Shown: one piece after another, positions 10,595 through 21,251 of the stretch | Position numbering within the stretch: the first letter of the stretch is position 1 | Layout of the letters: every line of letters starts with the position of its first letter | NCBI GenBank assembly: GCA_965246965.1 | Contig: CBDFGD010000001.1 | Span: 516,705-580,704, forward strand | Origin: Vicinamibacteria bacterium | GTDB taxonomy: Bacteria; Acidobacteriota; Vicinamibacteria; Fen-336; CBDFGD01 | DNA length: 64,000 nt | Direction of reading: 5' to 3' | The notes under the pieces: generated by a model | Seen by the model: the letters and a program-made list of their open reading frames with translations, nothing else | Database searches by the model: none | What the model was told of the DNA's origin: nothing | Translations under genes and position numbers: made by a program

Positions 10595-12379
10595 ATGTCG
10601 ACCCAAGAGCAACCGATCGGCAAGGTCCTGGCCGGCAAGTATCGAATCGAAGGCTTCCTGACGCAGGGAGGCATGGGCGCCGTCTACCGTGGCACCCACG
10701 AGATGCTCGGCCGCAAGGTCGCCATCAAGCTGATCAAGCCCGAGCTGGTCACCTCGAGCGAGGTCGTCGAGCGCTTCCTCCGCGAGGCGCGCTCGGCGAG
10801 CCAGCTGCACCACACGAATATCGTCGCGACCTACGACCTCGGGCAGGCCGAGGACGGCACCCTCTACATCGCTATGGAGCTGGTCGACGGCGAGAGTCTC
10901 AAGGAGGTCATCAAGGCGTCCGGCGCGATGGAGCCCGAGCGGATCGTTCGGCTGGGGAAGGGGATCGCGGCCGCCCTGGCGCTCGCGCATCGGCGCAACA
11001 TCGTGCATCGCGACCTCAAGCCTCAGAACATCGTCGTGTGCAGCGACGAGGACGGCAACGAGATTCCCAAGCTGCTCGACTTCGGAATCGCCAAGACGTT
11101 CGAGACAGACCAGGCGGCCCTCACGGCGACCGGAATGGTGATCGGGACGCCGCAGTACATGGCACCGGAGCAGGCGCAGGACGTAGATGCGCGCACCGAC
11201 CTCTACGCGCTCGGAATCATCCTGTACGAGATGATCGGTGGCCACGTCCCGTTCCGCGACACGTCGGTGCCGGCGCTGCTGGTCAAGCACATGCAGGCAG
11301 TCCCGCCGCCGCTGAAGGACCTGCGAGCCGACACGCCGCCGGGGCTCGAGGCTATCGTTCTACGTTGCCTCGAGAAGGACCCGGCTCGGCGGTTCCCGAC
11401 GGCCGACGCCATTTCGGAGGCGCTCGACAAGGCCCTCGACCCGGTTTTCGCGGCCGAGACGGCCCTGTCGGCGGCGGGAGCGGCGGCCGAAACGCTCGCC
11501 GCGCCGAGCCCGCCTCCACCCAGCTCGCCGCCGGCGCCGCTCGCTCAGCCCGAAGCAGGTCGGGACGTGACGCGCCCGCCCGTCCCCGTCGCGCCCCCCG
11601 CGACCGGTGCCCCGACACCCGCCGCCAGGGGTCGCGGCGGTCTCGCTCTCGGGATCGTGGCCGCCGTCCTCCTCTTGCTCCTCGTCGCCGGTTTCTTCGG
11701 CTCGCGTTTCTTCAGCGGGGAGCGAGCACTGGACACTCAGGCGAGCGCTGGCGCGGAGCCCCAGGGTGTGCCGGCGGCGGCCATTCCGGGCAATCCGGAC
11801 GCCCCATCCGGTGGAGCTGCCGACACCGGGGAACCCGGAGGGGTAGCGACATCGGCCGGCGCAGCCGCTCCCGGCGCCACGCAACCGGCGGCAGCGGCAC
11901 CCGTGACGGTCCCGCCTGCGACCACGACTCGGGTGCCCGAGGAGCCGGCGGTAGCCGACAACGCCACCGCCCCGGCCCCGCCCCCTCCGACACTGCCCGC
12001 CGTCCCGCGCGTCAGCCTCGAGTGCGAGGGCGTTCAGGATGCATGCGCCTCGTTGACGCACGCCCTGCAGTCCCGCTTCGATGGAGAAGGCATGCCCGTA
12101 GCGTCACCGCGGGTCGCCGATGTCTTCGTCGGCATACGTGCGGAGGAGATCGAGGCGCGCACCGAAAATCAGTTCGGCACGACCTTCGTAGTGCGAACCT
12201 ACTCGATCGAGGCGCGCGCCGAGAACGCGCGCAGCGGGATGATGGTGGCGATGCCGGCGCCCGCGACGTTCAACTTCGACGCGCGTTTCGGCCGCGACAA
12301 GCTCAACGAGCAGTCGCGGGTGTTCGCCGCCTCGGTTGTGGAGAAGGTCGCCGCCCACTGGGACAGGCAGGCTCAGTAG
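10595..12379 (+). CDS. Hanks-type Ser/Thr protein kinase with TM helix and C-terminal extracytoplasmic domain
   Basis: GGMGAVY, VAIK, HRDLKPQN, DFG, GTPQYMAPE. Confidence 0.95.
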   Translation: MSTQEQPIGKVLAGKYRIEGFLTQGGMGAVYRGTHEMLGRKVAIKLIKPELVTSSEVVERFLREARSASQLHHTNIVATYDLGQAEDGTLYIAMELVDGESLKEVIKASGAMEPERIVRLGKGIAAALALAHRRNIVHRDLKPQNIVVCSDEDGNEIPKLLDFGIAKTFETDQAALTATGMVIGTPQYMAPEQAQDVDARTDLYALGIILYEMIGGHVPFRDTSVPALLVKHMQAVPPPLKDLRADTPPGLEAIVLRCLEKDPARRFPTADAISEALDKALDPVFAAETALSAAGAAAETLAAPSPPPPSSPPAPLAQPEAGRDVTRPPVPVAPPATGAPTPAARGRGGLALGIVAAVLLLLLVAGFFGSRFFSGERALDTQASAGAEPQGVPAAAIPGNPDAPSGGAADTGEPGGVATSAGAAAPGATQPAAAAPVTVPPATTTRVPEEPAVADNATAPAPPPPTLPAVPRVSLECEGVQDACASLTHALQSRFDGEGMPVASPRVADVFVGIRAEEIEARTENQFGTTFVVRTYSIEARAENARSGMMVAMPAPATFNFDARFGRDKLNEQSRVFAASVVEKVAAHWDRQAQ

Positions 12380-13428
12380 CCCGGAGCCAGCTCCCGTAGC
12401 GCCGTCACGGACAGCGCCCAGTTCACTCCGCTCGATACCGATCCGCCGTCCGGACCCTTGACGAAATCGCCTCCGACCACGAGTCCCACCACGTTTCCGT
12501 CGCGCGTGAACACCGGGCTGCCGCTCATCCCCGGCGTGATCCGCAGTCCGACCTCGAGGAAGCGCCCTTCGCGGACGTCGCCGACCACGTCCTCGCTCAG
12601 CCTCGCGCGCGGGCGCGCAGGGTCGGTCGCCGGCGCCGGGAAGCCGAACGCTGCGACGCGGCGTCCGCGCCGCAGCTCCCGGAGCTGCGCGGGTGGCGCG
12701 AGTCTCATCGGCACGGTCACGGCGTCGCCCGCCAGCCGCAGAAGTGCCACGTCGTTGCGGAAGCTGCCCGCCTCGTGCTCCGGATGGATCTCTGCGGAGG
12801 CGATCCGAACCCCGCGCCCGTCTCCGTCCGACAGCGCTGCGTAGGCGACCACCGCCGCTCCGGCGGCCACCGATCCGCGCTCCACCAGGACCAGTGCCAC
12901 GTGAGCGTTCGTCGCCAGAACGCCGTCGCTAGACACGGCGAACGCGGAGCCGACCGCCGTGCGGGCACCCTCCTGCTCGATGCTGAGGAGGTAGACGGAC
13001 CGGGCCGCGTCGGTCGCGGCCGCCTCGAAGCTCTCGACGGGACGTCCCATCCAGAGTGCGGCAGCGCCTGCCCCGGTCGCGACGATCAGCAGCCCTGCTG
13101 CGAGTCCCATCGGGCGGGAGCGGCCGGGCCCTCCGCGGTACTCCAGGAGCGGCGGACCGCCCACGCCGATCTGGTCGCCGTCGCGCAGTCGTGCACTCTC
13201 GACGCGCTCGCCGTTGACGAAGGTGCCATTGGTGGAGGAGAGGTCCCGAATCCACCAGGCGCCTTCTTCGTGCACAACCTCGGCGTGGCGGCCGCTCGAG
13301 GCCGGTCCCTCCTCGTCCGGGAGCACCAGGTCGCAGTCGCGACTGCGACCGACGGTGACCGATGGGCCCGGGAACGAGAACTCCTGGCTACGCCTCGGGC
13401 CCTCGAGGAACCGGAACCGGACGCTCAT
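12373..13428 (-). CDS. FHA domain - TM - trypsin-like serine protease fusion
   Basis: FHA motifs GR, SGRHA, STNGT; protease triad TNAHV, NDVALL, GMSGSP. Confidence 0.9.
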   Translation of the reverse strand: MSVRFRFLEGPRRSQEFSFPGPSVTVGRSRDCDLVLPDEEGPASSGRHAEVVHEEGAWWIRDLSSTNGTFVNGERVESARLRDGDQIGVGGPPLLEYRGGPGRSRPMGLAAGLLIVATGAGAAALWMGRPVESFEAAATDAARSVYLLSIEQEGARTAVGSAFAVSSDGVLATNAHVALVLVERGSVAAGAAVVAYAALSDGDGRGVRIASAEIHPEHEAGSFRNDVALLRLAGDAVTVPMRLAPPAQLRELRRGRRVAAFGFPAPATDPARPRARLSEDVVGDVREGRFLEVGLRITPGMSGSPVFTRDGNVVGLVVGGDFVKGPDGGSVSSGVNWALSVTALRELAPGY

Positions 13429-13479
13429 TCGAGCAGGGCGAAACCGGGGTCCGACTCGCTCGCCGGATCCCGGCCCGAG

Positions 13480-14387
13480 CTACTTCTTCTTGACCTTCGC
13501 CGAAGCCTTGGCGGAGCCGCTGAACTCCATGATCGCGAAGCGCTCCTGCACTTCGACGACCTTCCCGGAACCGGTCGTCTTCTGATCCTGGCCCAGCACC
13601 TGGCCGGTGTCGGGATCGACGAGGGCCTCGCCCAGCTCGACGACGTCGTACGTGTCGCCCACCTTGACGCCCGACATAGAGCCCATGTTGATCCAGGCGC
13701 GGTTGCCGTCGACCTTGATGATCTTGCCTTCGCCGCCACCCATCACGCCGCCGGCGCTGAACTTCTTGATGTACTTGTCGCCTTTGGCGAACTTCTTGAC
13801 GATCTCCTCGGAGGCGGCAGCGATCGCCTCGCTGGCGATACCCCATTCGGCGTCCTGGCTGAGGTTCACGCTGTTGACCCTCAGGCCGCCCTTCCTGGCG
13901 CTGCCCTTGCCGGAGAGCGCGACGAGGCGCTCCGCGGTGGTCGTGTCGATGAAGCGCATGTTGATCTCGGCCTCGGCCTTCGTGTACTTGCCGCCGATTC
14001 CGCCGATGCCGCCCTTCGTCGTGTTGATGGAGAACTTGTCGATGGCGCCGGTGAGGATGTACTTGATGCCGAGGACCTTGCCGACCTTGGCGGCAGTCTG
14101 CTGGTCGAGAGCCCCCGACGTCGAAAGACCCTGCTCTTTCATGACGAGCTCGAGCTTCTCGCGCTCGATCACGCTGAAGATCTCGGACAGCCTGTCGTCT
14201 TCAGCGAAGGCAGTGTCGATCTGGTTGCGCGCTGCTGGCCCGAGTTTTTCGTAGCCCCACAGGTGCGCTCCGAGTGGTTCTCGAAGTCCCAGATGGCGAT
14301 CCGGACTTTACCTTGCGCGGCGGCTGCGGCAGGTAGCGCGAGCGCCGCGACGACGGCGATCGCGATGACGCGAACAGAAGCTCTCAT
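13480..14387 (-). CDS. CsgG/HfaB family secreted protein with FlgT-like C-terminal domain (frameshift at about 14262)
   Basis: Signal peptide, RIAIWDFEN, VIEREKL...EQ, AAKVGK.LG...ILTG, INMG...GVKVGD. Confidence 0.8.
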
Positions 14388-14523
14388 GACCCCTCCTCAT
14401 TGGAATTGCAGCCGGGCGACCGAGTCCGCCGACGGCACCGGGGAAGGTCGCAACGATAAGCGACCGGGACCGCGAAGCCAAGGGAGAGCTGCCCAATCGG
14501 GGCACCGCTAGAATCGCGACCTC

Positions 14524-15492
14524 TTGGTGAGCCAGGCATTTCCGGTCATCGAGCTGTCTTGGCTCGACGCGAGCACGCGGGAGCAGCAGGCGCTCGCTCG
14601 CAGCGTCGACGCGGCCTGCCGGACGACTGGCTTTCTGGCGGTGCGCGAGCACGGCGTTCCAAAGGCCGCGCAGCGGGCCGCCTGGGAGGCCGCGCGCGGC
14701 TTCTTCGAGCTGTCGGGAGCAGAGAAGGCGCGGCTTTGCAGCGACGATCCCGATTACCCGTACGGTTACTTCCCGATGGCCGCGGAGGCCCTGGCACGGT
14801 CGGCGGGACGAGAGACGCCGGCCGATCTGAAGGAGAGCTACAGCGTCGCGCCGCCGTATCGGGCCGAGGCCGAGGCCGGCGGTCTGCGCACCGGGCCTGG
14901 GCTCTGGCCAGTCGCTCCGCGAGGGTTCAGGGAGGCGTTTGCGGCCTACTACGCCGAGATGGAGACCCTGGCGGGACGCCTCATGGGGCTGTTTGCACTG
15001 GCCCTGGACCTGCCGAAAGGTTTCTTCGCGGGCGAGATCGATCGGCACGTGAGCTCGCTACGAGCGCTCTACTACCCGGTGGTCGCGGGAGTGCCGGCGA
15101 TCGATCAGTTGCGGGCCGGTGCGCACACCGACTACGGCAGCATGACGATCCTGAAGACGGGCCAGGGGCGGCCCGGTCTCGAGATCCGGCGTGCTGACGG
15201 AGCGTGGCTGCCCGTGCCGGAGGTGCCCGGTGGGTTCATCGTCAATATCGGGGATCTGATGGCGCGCTGGACCAATGATCGTTGGCGCTCGACCGTCCAT
15301 CGGGTCGCGCTTCCCGTCGGGCCCGCGGGTGTGGCGCGCCAGTCGATCGCCTTCTTCCACCAGCCGAACTGGGATGCGGAGATCGCGGCGCTTCCGAGTT
15401 GCACGAGCATCGAGGAGCCGGCGCGTTACCGGCCCGTCAAGTCCGGGCCCTGGCTGCTCGAGAAGTCCCGGCGGGCCTACGGGATCCAGTAG
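14524..15492 (+). CDS. Isopenicillin N synthase-like 2OG-Fe(II) dioxygenase
   Basis: GAHTDYG (HxD), NIGDLMARWTND, STVHRV, RQS. Confidence 0.92.
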   Translation: MVSQAFPVIELSWLDASTREQQALARSVDAACRTTGFLAVREHGVPKAAQRAAWEAARGFFELSGAEKARLCSDDPDYPYGYFPMAAEALARSAGRETPADLKESYSVAPPYRAEAEAGGLRTGPGLWPVAPRGFREAFAAYYAEMETLAGRLMGLFALALDLPKGFFAGEIDRHVSSLRALYYPVVAGVPAIDQLRAGAHTDYGSMTILKTGQGRPGLEIRRADGAWLPVPEVPGGFIVNIGDLMARWTNDRWRSTVHRVALPVGPAGVARQSIAFFHQPNWDAEIAALPSCTSIEEPARYRPVKSGPWLLEKSRRAYGIQ

Positions 15493-15523
15493 GTTGATGT
15501 GGGCGCAGAGGGGAGGTGTCGGC

Positions 15524-17128
15524 TCAGCCGGTTCCGGGTGAGTCCTCCCACAAGCGTGAGATGACGCAGGCGTTGATGCCGCCGATCCCCATTGAGAGCT
15601 TGCCCGCCAGGCCCGGCGGTGATGGGCACACAGTGTCGAGGACGTAGCGGTACGGCGCCTCCGCGATGCCCTGATGGATCTGCGCCTCCTTCAAGGGGGT
15701 GGGGAAGAGCTTCCCGCGGGTGAGCCCCAGATGCTGGGCGGTCAGTTCCCACCCGCCGCCCACGGCCATCCCATGCCCGAACGTGCCTTTGCGGGCTGTG
15801 ACCGCGACGGCCCCCGGGATGACCTCGCGAAGACTCGCCACCTCGTGGTGATCCCCGGGAGTGGCGGTGGCGTGGAGGTCCCATGTGCCCAGCGCGCTCG
15901 CGTCGACGCCGGCGCTGGCGAGCGCTTGCCTCACGCACTCCTGCGGTCCCCCGGCGGAGGGCGTGATGATGTGATCGGCGTCGGAGGTCACACCGACGCC
16001 GAGGATCTCGAGGCCCAGGCTCTCGAATCCCTGAGCGGTCATGAACTCGTGGTCTCCGACGATCCAGACGCAAGCTCCCCCGGCAACGTGTGTGCCGCGC
16101 AGGTCGCTCAGTGGAAGCGACGGCCTCCGATCCGAGGCGAGTACCCGGCCCTGGAAGAATGCGGATACGGACATCGGGTGCGGCCGCGGATCGGTCGCTC
16201 CGATGACGACGGCCTTTGCGTGACCCGCCTGGATCGTGTCGGCCGCGACGCGAAGGCATACGCCGAACGTCGAGCAGGCGGCGACCGGCGCCCAGGCCGG
16301 CCCGGTGATGCCGCCCAGCATCGAGACCTGGGCCGCCGGGATGTTGGCGATGTTCCAGATCAGATTCGCCGACACGGAGCGCCAGGGCGGCGGCGGGCAA
16401 CCCCACCGCTGCTCGAGCTTGGTGAGATTCCCCTTCTTGCGGCGGATCAGACCGAGCTTGCCGGCTTTTACTTCGCCGCCAATGCCCTCGGATTCGATGG
16501 CGTCGAAGTCGTCGAGGAACCTCGCCAGAGCGTCCGAGCGGCGCGTCCAGAACGCGTTCCAGCACCCGTGTGCCTGCTCGAGCGAGACCTCGTCGACGTC
16601 CAGATCGCGCGGGTCGTCTGGCGCGTTCCAATCCTCGCACAGCCGAATGCGCCCGGCGGCATCGGCGCTCTCGTAGTCGCTTCGATCGGCATTGCGTTCC
16701 GGGGCGGACCAGAAAAGGTCCCAGCGCCGCTGGGCGAAGTACAGGTCGATGCTGCAGTCGTACTGCGTCGGAAGGTCGCCGAGCCCGGTCCCGATCAGAA
16801 CGTGGGTCTCGTTCCCCAGCTCCTGCAGGGTCTGCTCGATGCCGGGGTTCTGCTGGAGAGATTGAATGAAGGCGCCGATCGCGAAGAGCGCCGGATCGCC
16901 CATCTTCTGCAGGAGCATCGGAAAGCGGTTGGGTCGGAACCTCTCGTCGATCCAGGTTTTGTAGCGTTGGAAGTCGAAAGCCGGCTCGCCGACGAGGAAC
17001 GTCGAGGGACCGAAGCCCTCGAAAGGCGTGAGCCAGGTCTCGCTTCTCTCGAGGTTGGCCGCGAACGACTCGATGTCGGGCGATTTCGGTGCGACGAGCC
17101 CCCATCCGAAGATACCGATGCGTCTCAT
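15524..17128 (-). CDS. Stand-alone beta-ketoacyl synthase (FabF-like) with a large insertion
   Basis: Catalytic AACST, DLHATAT, KGTFGH; C-terminal SMGIGGINA. Confidence 0.85.
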   Translation of the reverse strand: MRRIGIFGWGLVAPKSPDIESFAANLERSETWLTPFEGFGPSTFLVGEPAFDFQRYKTWIDERFRPNRFPMLLQKMGDPALFAIGAFIQSLQQNPGIEQTLQELGNETHVLIGTGLGDLPTQYDCSIDLYFAQRRWDLFWSAPERNADRSDYESADAAGRIRLCEDWNAPDDPRDLDVDEVSLEQAHGCWNAFWTRRSDALARFLDDFDAIESEGIGGEVKAGKLGLIRRKKGNLTKLEQRWGCPPPPWRSVSANLIWNIANIPAAQVSMLGGITGPAWAPVAACSTFGVCLRVAADTIQAGHAKAVVIGATDPRPHPMSVSAFFQGRVLASDRRPSLPLSDLRGTHVAGGACVWIVGDHEFMTAQGFESLGLEILGVGVTSDADHIITPSAGGPQECVRQALASAGVDASALGTWDLHATATPGDHHEVASLREVIPGAVAVTARKGTFGHGMAVGGGWELTAQHLGLTRGKLFPTPLKEAQIHQGIAEAPYRYVLDTVCPSPPGLAGKLSMGIGGINACVISRLWEDSPGTG

Positions 17129-17316
17129 GAGCGGTCGATTCTACAAGACGCTCGTCTCCGGGCTCGGAAGACGGCGTTGCGCTGCCGCCCGCCCCTAGAA
17201 GATCGCGAGGTGAACCGGTGGTTGCCTACGCCCTGATCACCGAAACGATCACGGCGGGCCGCCGGCCGTTGCCACGGCGGACGCCTCGACGGATAATCTC
17301 CGGTCAGGGAGACAGC

Positions 17317-17788
17317 ATGCAAGAGTTTGAGGTTCCAACGACGTCCGTCGACGCCGAGGTCCACTGTGCCGACGGCGCGAGCTACCGAGGCAGCTTGTTC
17401 CTGCCGGCGTCCAAGTCGGCCCACGCGGGCCCGATGCCGACCGAGGAGTGGATGAACGAGCCCGACGCCTTCTTCCCGTTCAAGTCGGACTTCCACGATA
17501 CCCCGATCATCCTCAACAGATAAGGAACTCCTGGTGTTGACCGTGCCAGCGTTCGCCGAGCCAGAGGCCGACCCGGGCGAAGGGCCCGTGCTGGTGCATC
17601 GTCAGGTCGCGCTGGAGTGCGGCGCGATGAGGATTCAGGGCCGGCTTACGTTGGACATGCCCGCGGAAAGACGGCGGGTTCTCGACTTCCTGAATCGAAG
17701 CGAGCCCTTCTTGAGTCTCATCGACGGAGACCGGCAGCACCTGGTGAGGCGGACGGCGATCACCCGCGTCTTCGAGAGCCGGGCCTAG
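17317..17788 (+). CDS. Hypothetical protein with an internal duplication (frameshift at about 17520)
   Basis: Two similar halves (G.L.LP...MNEPDAFFP and G.L.L..P...LNRSEPFL) split across frames; RBS before ATG 17317. Confidence 0.65.
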
Positions 17789-17800
17789 CCCGCAGCGAGC

Positions 17801-19130
17801 GTGAGACAGGCCGGGTTGTGGGTGCTCCTCGGGGCTTTCTCGACGTCGGTCCCGGGTCTGGCCGCGGATTGGCCGGCCTTCCGTGGGCCGGGTGCCCGCG
17901 GCGTCGCGGACGGCGCCGGGCTTCCCGTCGAATGGGACGTCGCGACCTCGAAGAACATCCGTTGGGCGAGCGGAATCCCGGGGATGGGGCACTCCAGCCC
18001 CGTCGTCTGGGGGAACCGGCTCTTCGTGACGACGGCTGTCGCGCCGGGCCGGGCAATCCTCGAGCTGGGCGACACTGGCGGTATCAAGCTGGCCGACGCC
18101 GAAGGGGAGCATTCGTGGCGGCTGCTCGGCATCGATGCGAGCGACGGCCGTGTCGTCTGGGAGCGGGAGGTCTACCGGGGCGCATCGCGCACGCGACGTC
18201 ACGTGAAGTCGAGCCAGGCCAACGCGACCCCGGCCACCGATGGGAACACGATCGTCGCATTGTTCGGCTCTCAAGGCATGGCGGCCTTCGACCTGGACGG
18301 GAACGAGAAGTGGCGGAAGGATCTCGGCACGAACGATCCGGGGCTCGATGGCGACACGAGCTCCCAGTGGGGCGCCGCCAGCTCGCCGGTGCTACACGGA
18401 GGGCGTGTCTTCGTGCAGGTCGACCGCCATGCCGACTCATTTCTGGCCCCCTTCGACGCCGACACCGGCGCCGAGATCTGGCGCGTCGCCCGGGATGAGC
18501 GGCCGGTCTGGTCCACGCCCACCCTCCACCTCGGCGGGGAGCGGAGCGAGCTGATCGTGCGCGGTGGCCACTACGACCGCGGCTACGACCCGCGGGACGG
18601 CAGCGAGCTGTGGCGCTTCGCCGACGATGCAGAGGTCAAGACGACGACGGCATTCGTGGCGGACGGGTTGATCCTTCTCACGGGTGGCTACCGGGGGCGA
18701 CCCATGATCGCCCTGCGTCTCGGGGGGAGGGGGGGACCTGTCCGCTGGCCGAGCGGGCGGTGACGCACACTTCCTCGCCTGGAAGTCCGAGGTCGGGGGG
18801 CCTTACACGAGCACGCCGGTGGCGTACGAGGGCCTTCTCTACGTCGTCCGGGACACAGGCATCCTTCAGATTCACGACCTCGGGACGGGCGAGCTCGTAC
18901 ACCGGGAGCGAACCGGAACCACCCACGCGGCCTCGCTGTTGGCCAGCGACGGCCACGTGTTCGTGGCGAGCGAGGAGGGCAGCGTGTTCGTCTATCAGAC
19001 CGGTCGCAAACCCAGGCTCGTAGCCCGCAACGAGATGGGCGAGGTCTTGATGGCGACGCCCGCGATCGCGAACGGCACGCTCTTCGTCAGGACGCTGGGC
19101 CACGTGTACGCGATCGCGGCGGCTCGCTGA
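17801..19130 (+). CDS. PQQ-binding-like (BamB-type) beta-propeller repeat protein (frameshift at about 18730)
   Basis: DWPAFRGP, SSPVVWG, ATPATDG, WSTP, ATPAIANG.LFVRT. Confidence 0.88.
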
Positions 19131-19162
19131 TCCCGCTAGAATCGCTGGACAGGAGACGAACG

Positions 19163-20437
19163 ATGGCGAAACGCTTCACCACCCTCATCTGATCCCGAAT
19201 CCGGCGCGTCTTCGCGCCTGACCCGGTTCGAGCGCTTCCTGGCGCTTGGGGCCTCGGTCGCCTCGCGGGACTGTCGGCGCTGCTCGTCGGTGTGGACCTG
19301 CTCGGCGAGCTTTCGGCAGGAGTCCCCGTCATCGCGGCGCCCGAGATCCAATCGGCGTTCGCGCTGCGCTACTCGACCGCGGCACTGATCCTGTTCGTCG
19401 TCCCGCAGCTGGTCGGACTCGTCCTGGAGCCCCCCCTCTACGTCCTGGCCGATCGCCATCCACGGCGCCGCTTCGTCGTCGGAGGTCTCGTGGCGATGGC
19501 GTTCTGCAACCTGATCGCCGGCCTTTCGTGGTCTCTCGCTGCGCTCGCCACCTCTCTCGGTCTCACCGCCGCCGCCAGCGGTGTGGGCATCAACGTCGCG
19601 CAGGCGACGTTGATGGACCAGCACCCTCGCGACCGCGAGAGGATGATGACGCTCTGGTCGTTGGCCGGGATGGCGGGTGACTTCGCGGCGCCCGCGTTCT
19701 TCTGGGCGCTCTCTTGGTTTGCGCTCGGCTGGCGAGCGGCGTTCGTGGCGAGCGCACTCCTGCTCCTCATCTACGCGGTCGTTCTCGGCCGCCGGTCCTT
19801 TCCGAACCGGGGTGCGACCGAACACCGACAAACCCCGCGGCTTCGTGATGCGATTCCCGCGGCGCTCGGCGATCGACGCCTGCTGCTCTGGCTCTTCGGC
19901 GTGTGGCTCTGTGGCCTGCTCGACGAGATCCTGGTGGCGTTCGGTTCGATCCACCTGCGCGATGGGTTGGGGCTGGACGTGGCGGAGCGAAGCCTGGTTC
20001 TCATGGCGTTCGTGGTGGGCTCGATCGCCGGGCTGGTCGCGAGCGAACGACTGCTGAGACAGGGGGCCGATCCGCTGGCGATGCTGCGCGTCAACGGCGC
20101 CTCGTGCGCGATCGCATACGGCCTGTGGGTTCTCGCGCCGAACGGCTCGTGGAGCGCAGTTCTCCTGCTGGTCGTCGGGCTGTTTGCCGCGCCCCTGTAT
20201 CCGATCGCCCAGGCCCAGGCGTACCGGGCGTTGCCCGATCAGTCGGGCTTGGTGAATGCGGTGTCCGTGGTCTTCAGGCCGTTCGAGATCGCCTTGCCGC
20301 TGATCATCGGCCTGGTTGCGGACCAACTGGGCCTGCGGGTTGCTCTCGCACTGCTGGCGGCGCAACCACTGGGACTGCTGGTCATCGGCGTCTACACACG
20401 ATCCTTGGCCGCGAGTGCGCCACCACGCGCCGCTTGA
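19163..20437 (+). CDS. MFS transporter; start uncertain (ATG 19163 is followed by an in-frame TGA at codon 10; next GTG at 19292)
   Basis: About 12 hydrophobic segments, LADRHPRRR loop motif, IGLVADQLGL. Confidence 0.82.
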
Positions 20438-20440
20438 CAG

Positions 20441-21127
20441 ATGGGGCGTTCCGTTCCGCTATGCTCAGTGGCCGTGCGAGAGATTCGAATTCCGGTCGAA
20501 GGGTTCGAGGTATCCGCGTCCATCCACGGGGCCGGAGAGACCGCGGTCGTCCTCGGTCACGGCGCCGGTGGCACCCGCAAGACGCCGGCGCTCCTACGGG
20601 TTGCCGGGGCCCTCGCGGATTCCGGGCGAATGGCGCTGCTCTACAACTTCCGCTACCCGGAGGTCGGGCGGCGCTCGCCGGATCCTGCCCGCATCCTCGA
20701 GAAGACGACGAGTGCCGTTGCGGCGCACACGCGCAGCGAGCTGGGTGCCCGCAAGCTGGTGCTCGGCGGACGCTCGATGGGCGGGAGGATCGCCACGCAG
20801 ATCGTGGCTGCGGGCGTACCGGCGGACGGTCTCGCCCTCCTCGCGTATCCGCTTCATGCGCCGGGGCGGACCGACAAGCTGCGAGACGCGCATCTGCCCG
20901 GCATCGAGTGCCCGATGCTCTTCGTACAGGGCACCCGCGACGCTTTCGCGCGTCCCGACCTGAGAGACGGGCTCATGAAGACGCTGGGTAGGCGAGCGAC
21001 GCTACTGCTGGTGGAGGACGGCGACCACTCGTTCAAGGTTCGCAAGTCGAGCGGGCAGACGGCGGAGGACGTCGAGCGCCTGATCCACGAAGGCTTGCTG
21101 AGCTGGCTGACGAGCAACGCCCTTTGA
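20441..21127 (+). CDS. Alpha/beta hydrolase (KANL3/Tex30-like)
   Basis: HGAG, GGRSMGGR, YPLH, QGTRD, GDHSF. Confidence 0.88.
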   Translation: MGRSVPLCSVAVREIRIPVEGFEVSASIHGAGETAVVLGHGAGGTRKTPALLRVAGALADSGRMALLYNFRYPEVGRRSPDPARILEKTTSAVAAHTRSELGARKLVLGGRSMGGRIATQIVAAGVPADGLALLAYPLHAPGRTDKLRDAHLPGIECPMLFVQGTRDAFARPDLRDGLMKTLGRRATLLLVEDGDHSFKVRKSSGQTAEDVERLIHEGLLSWLTSNAL

Positions 21128-21251
21128 AAGGCGCGAGAGCGCCGACGGCGCTGTCGCCGCGTTGGCGTCGGCTTCCTGCGGCCCGCTCGCGCCCATGTCT
21201 ACCCGAGATCGGCCATCGCGCCGAGCGCGATCGACAAACCCCTCACGCTCG

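Noticed and set aside
14524-17128. 2OG oxygenase plus ketosynthase as a biosynthetic gene cluster
   Set aside because: The genes are convergent, with no ACP, acyltransferase or other tailoring genes adjacent.
19190-19192. In-frame TGA in the MFS leader as selenocysteine
   Set aside because: There is no Cys/redox context and no convincing SECIS hairpin; it is reported only as a possible leader or readthrough signal.
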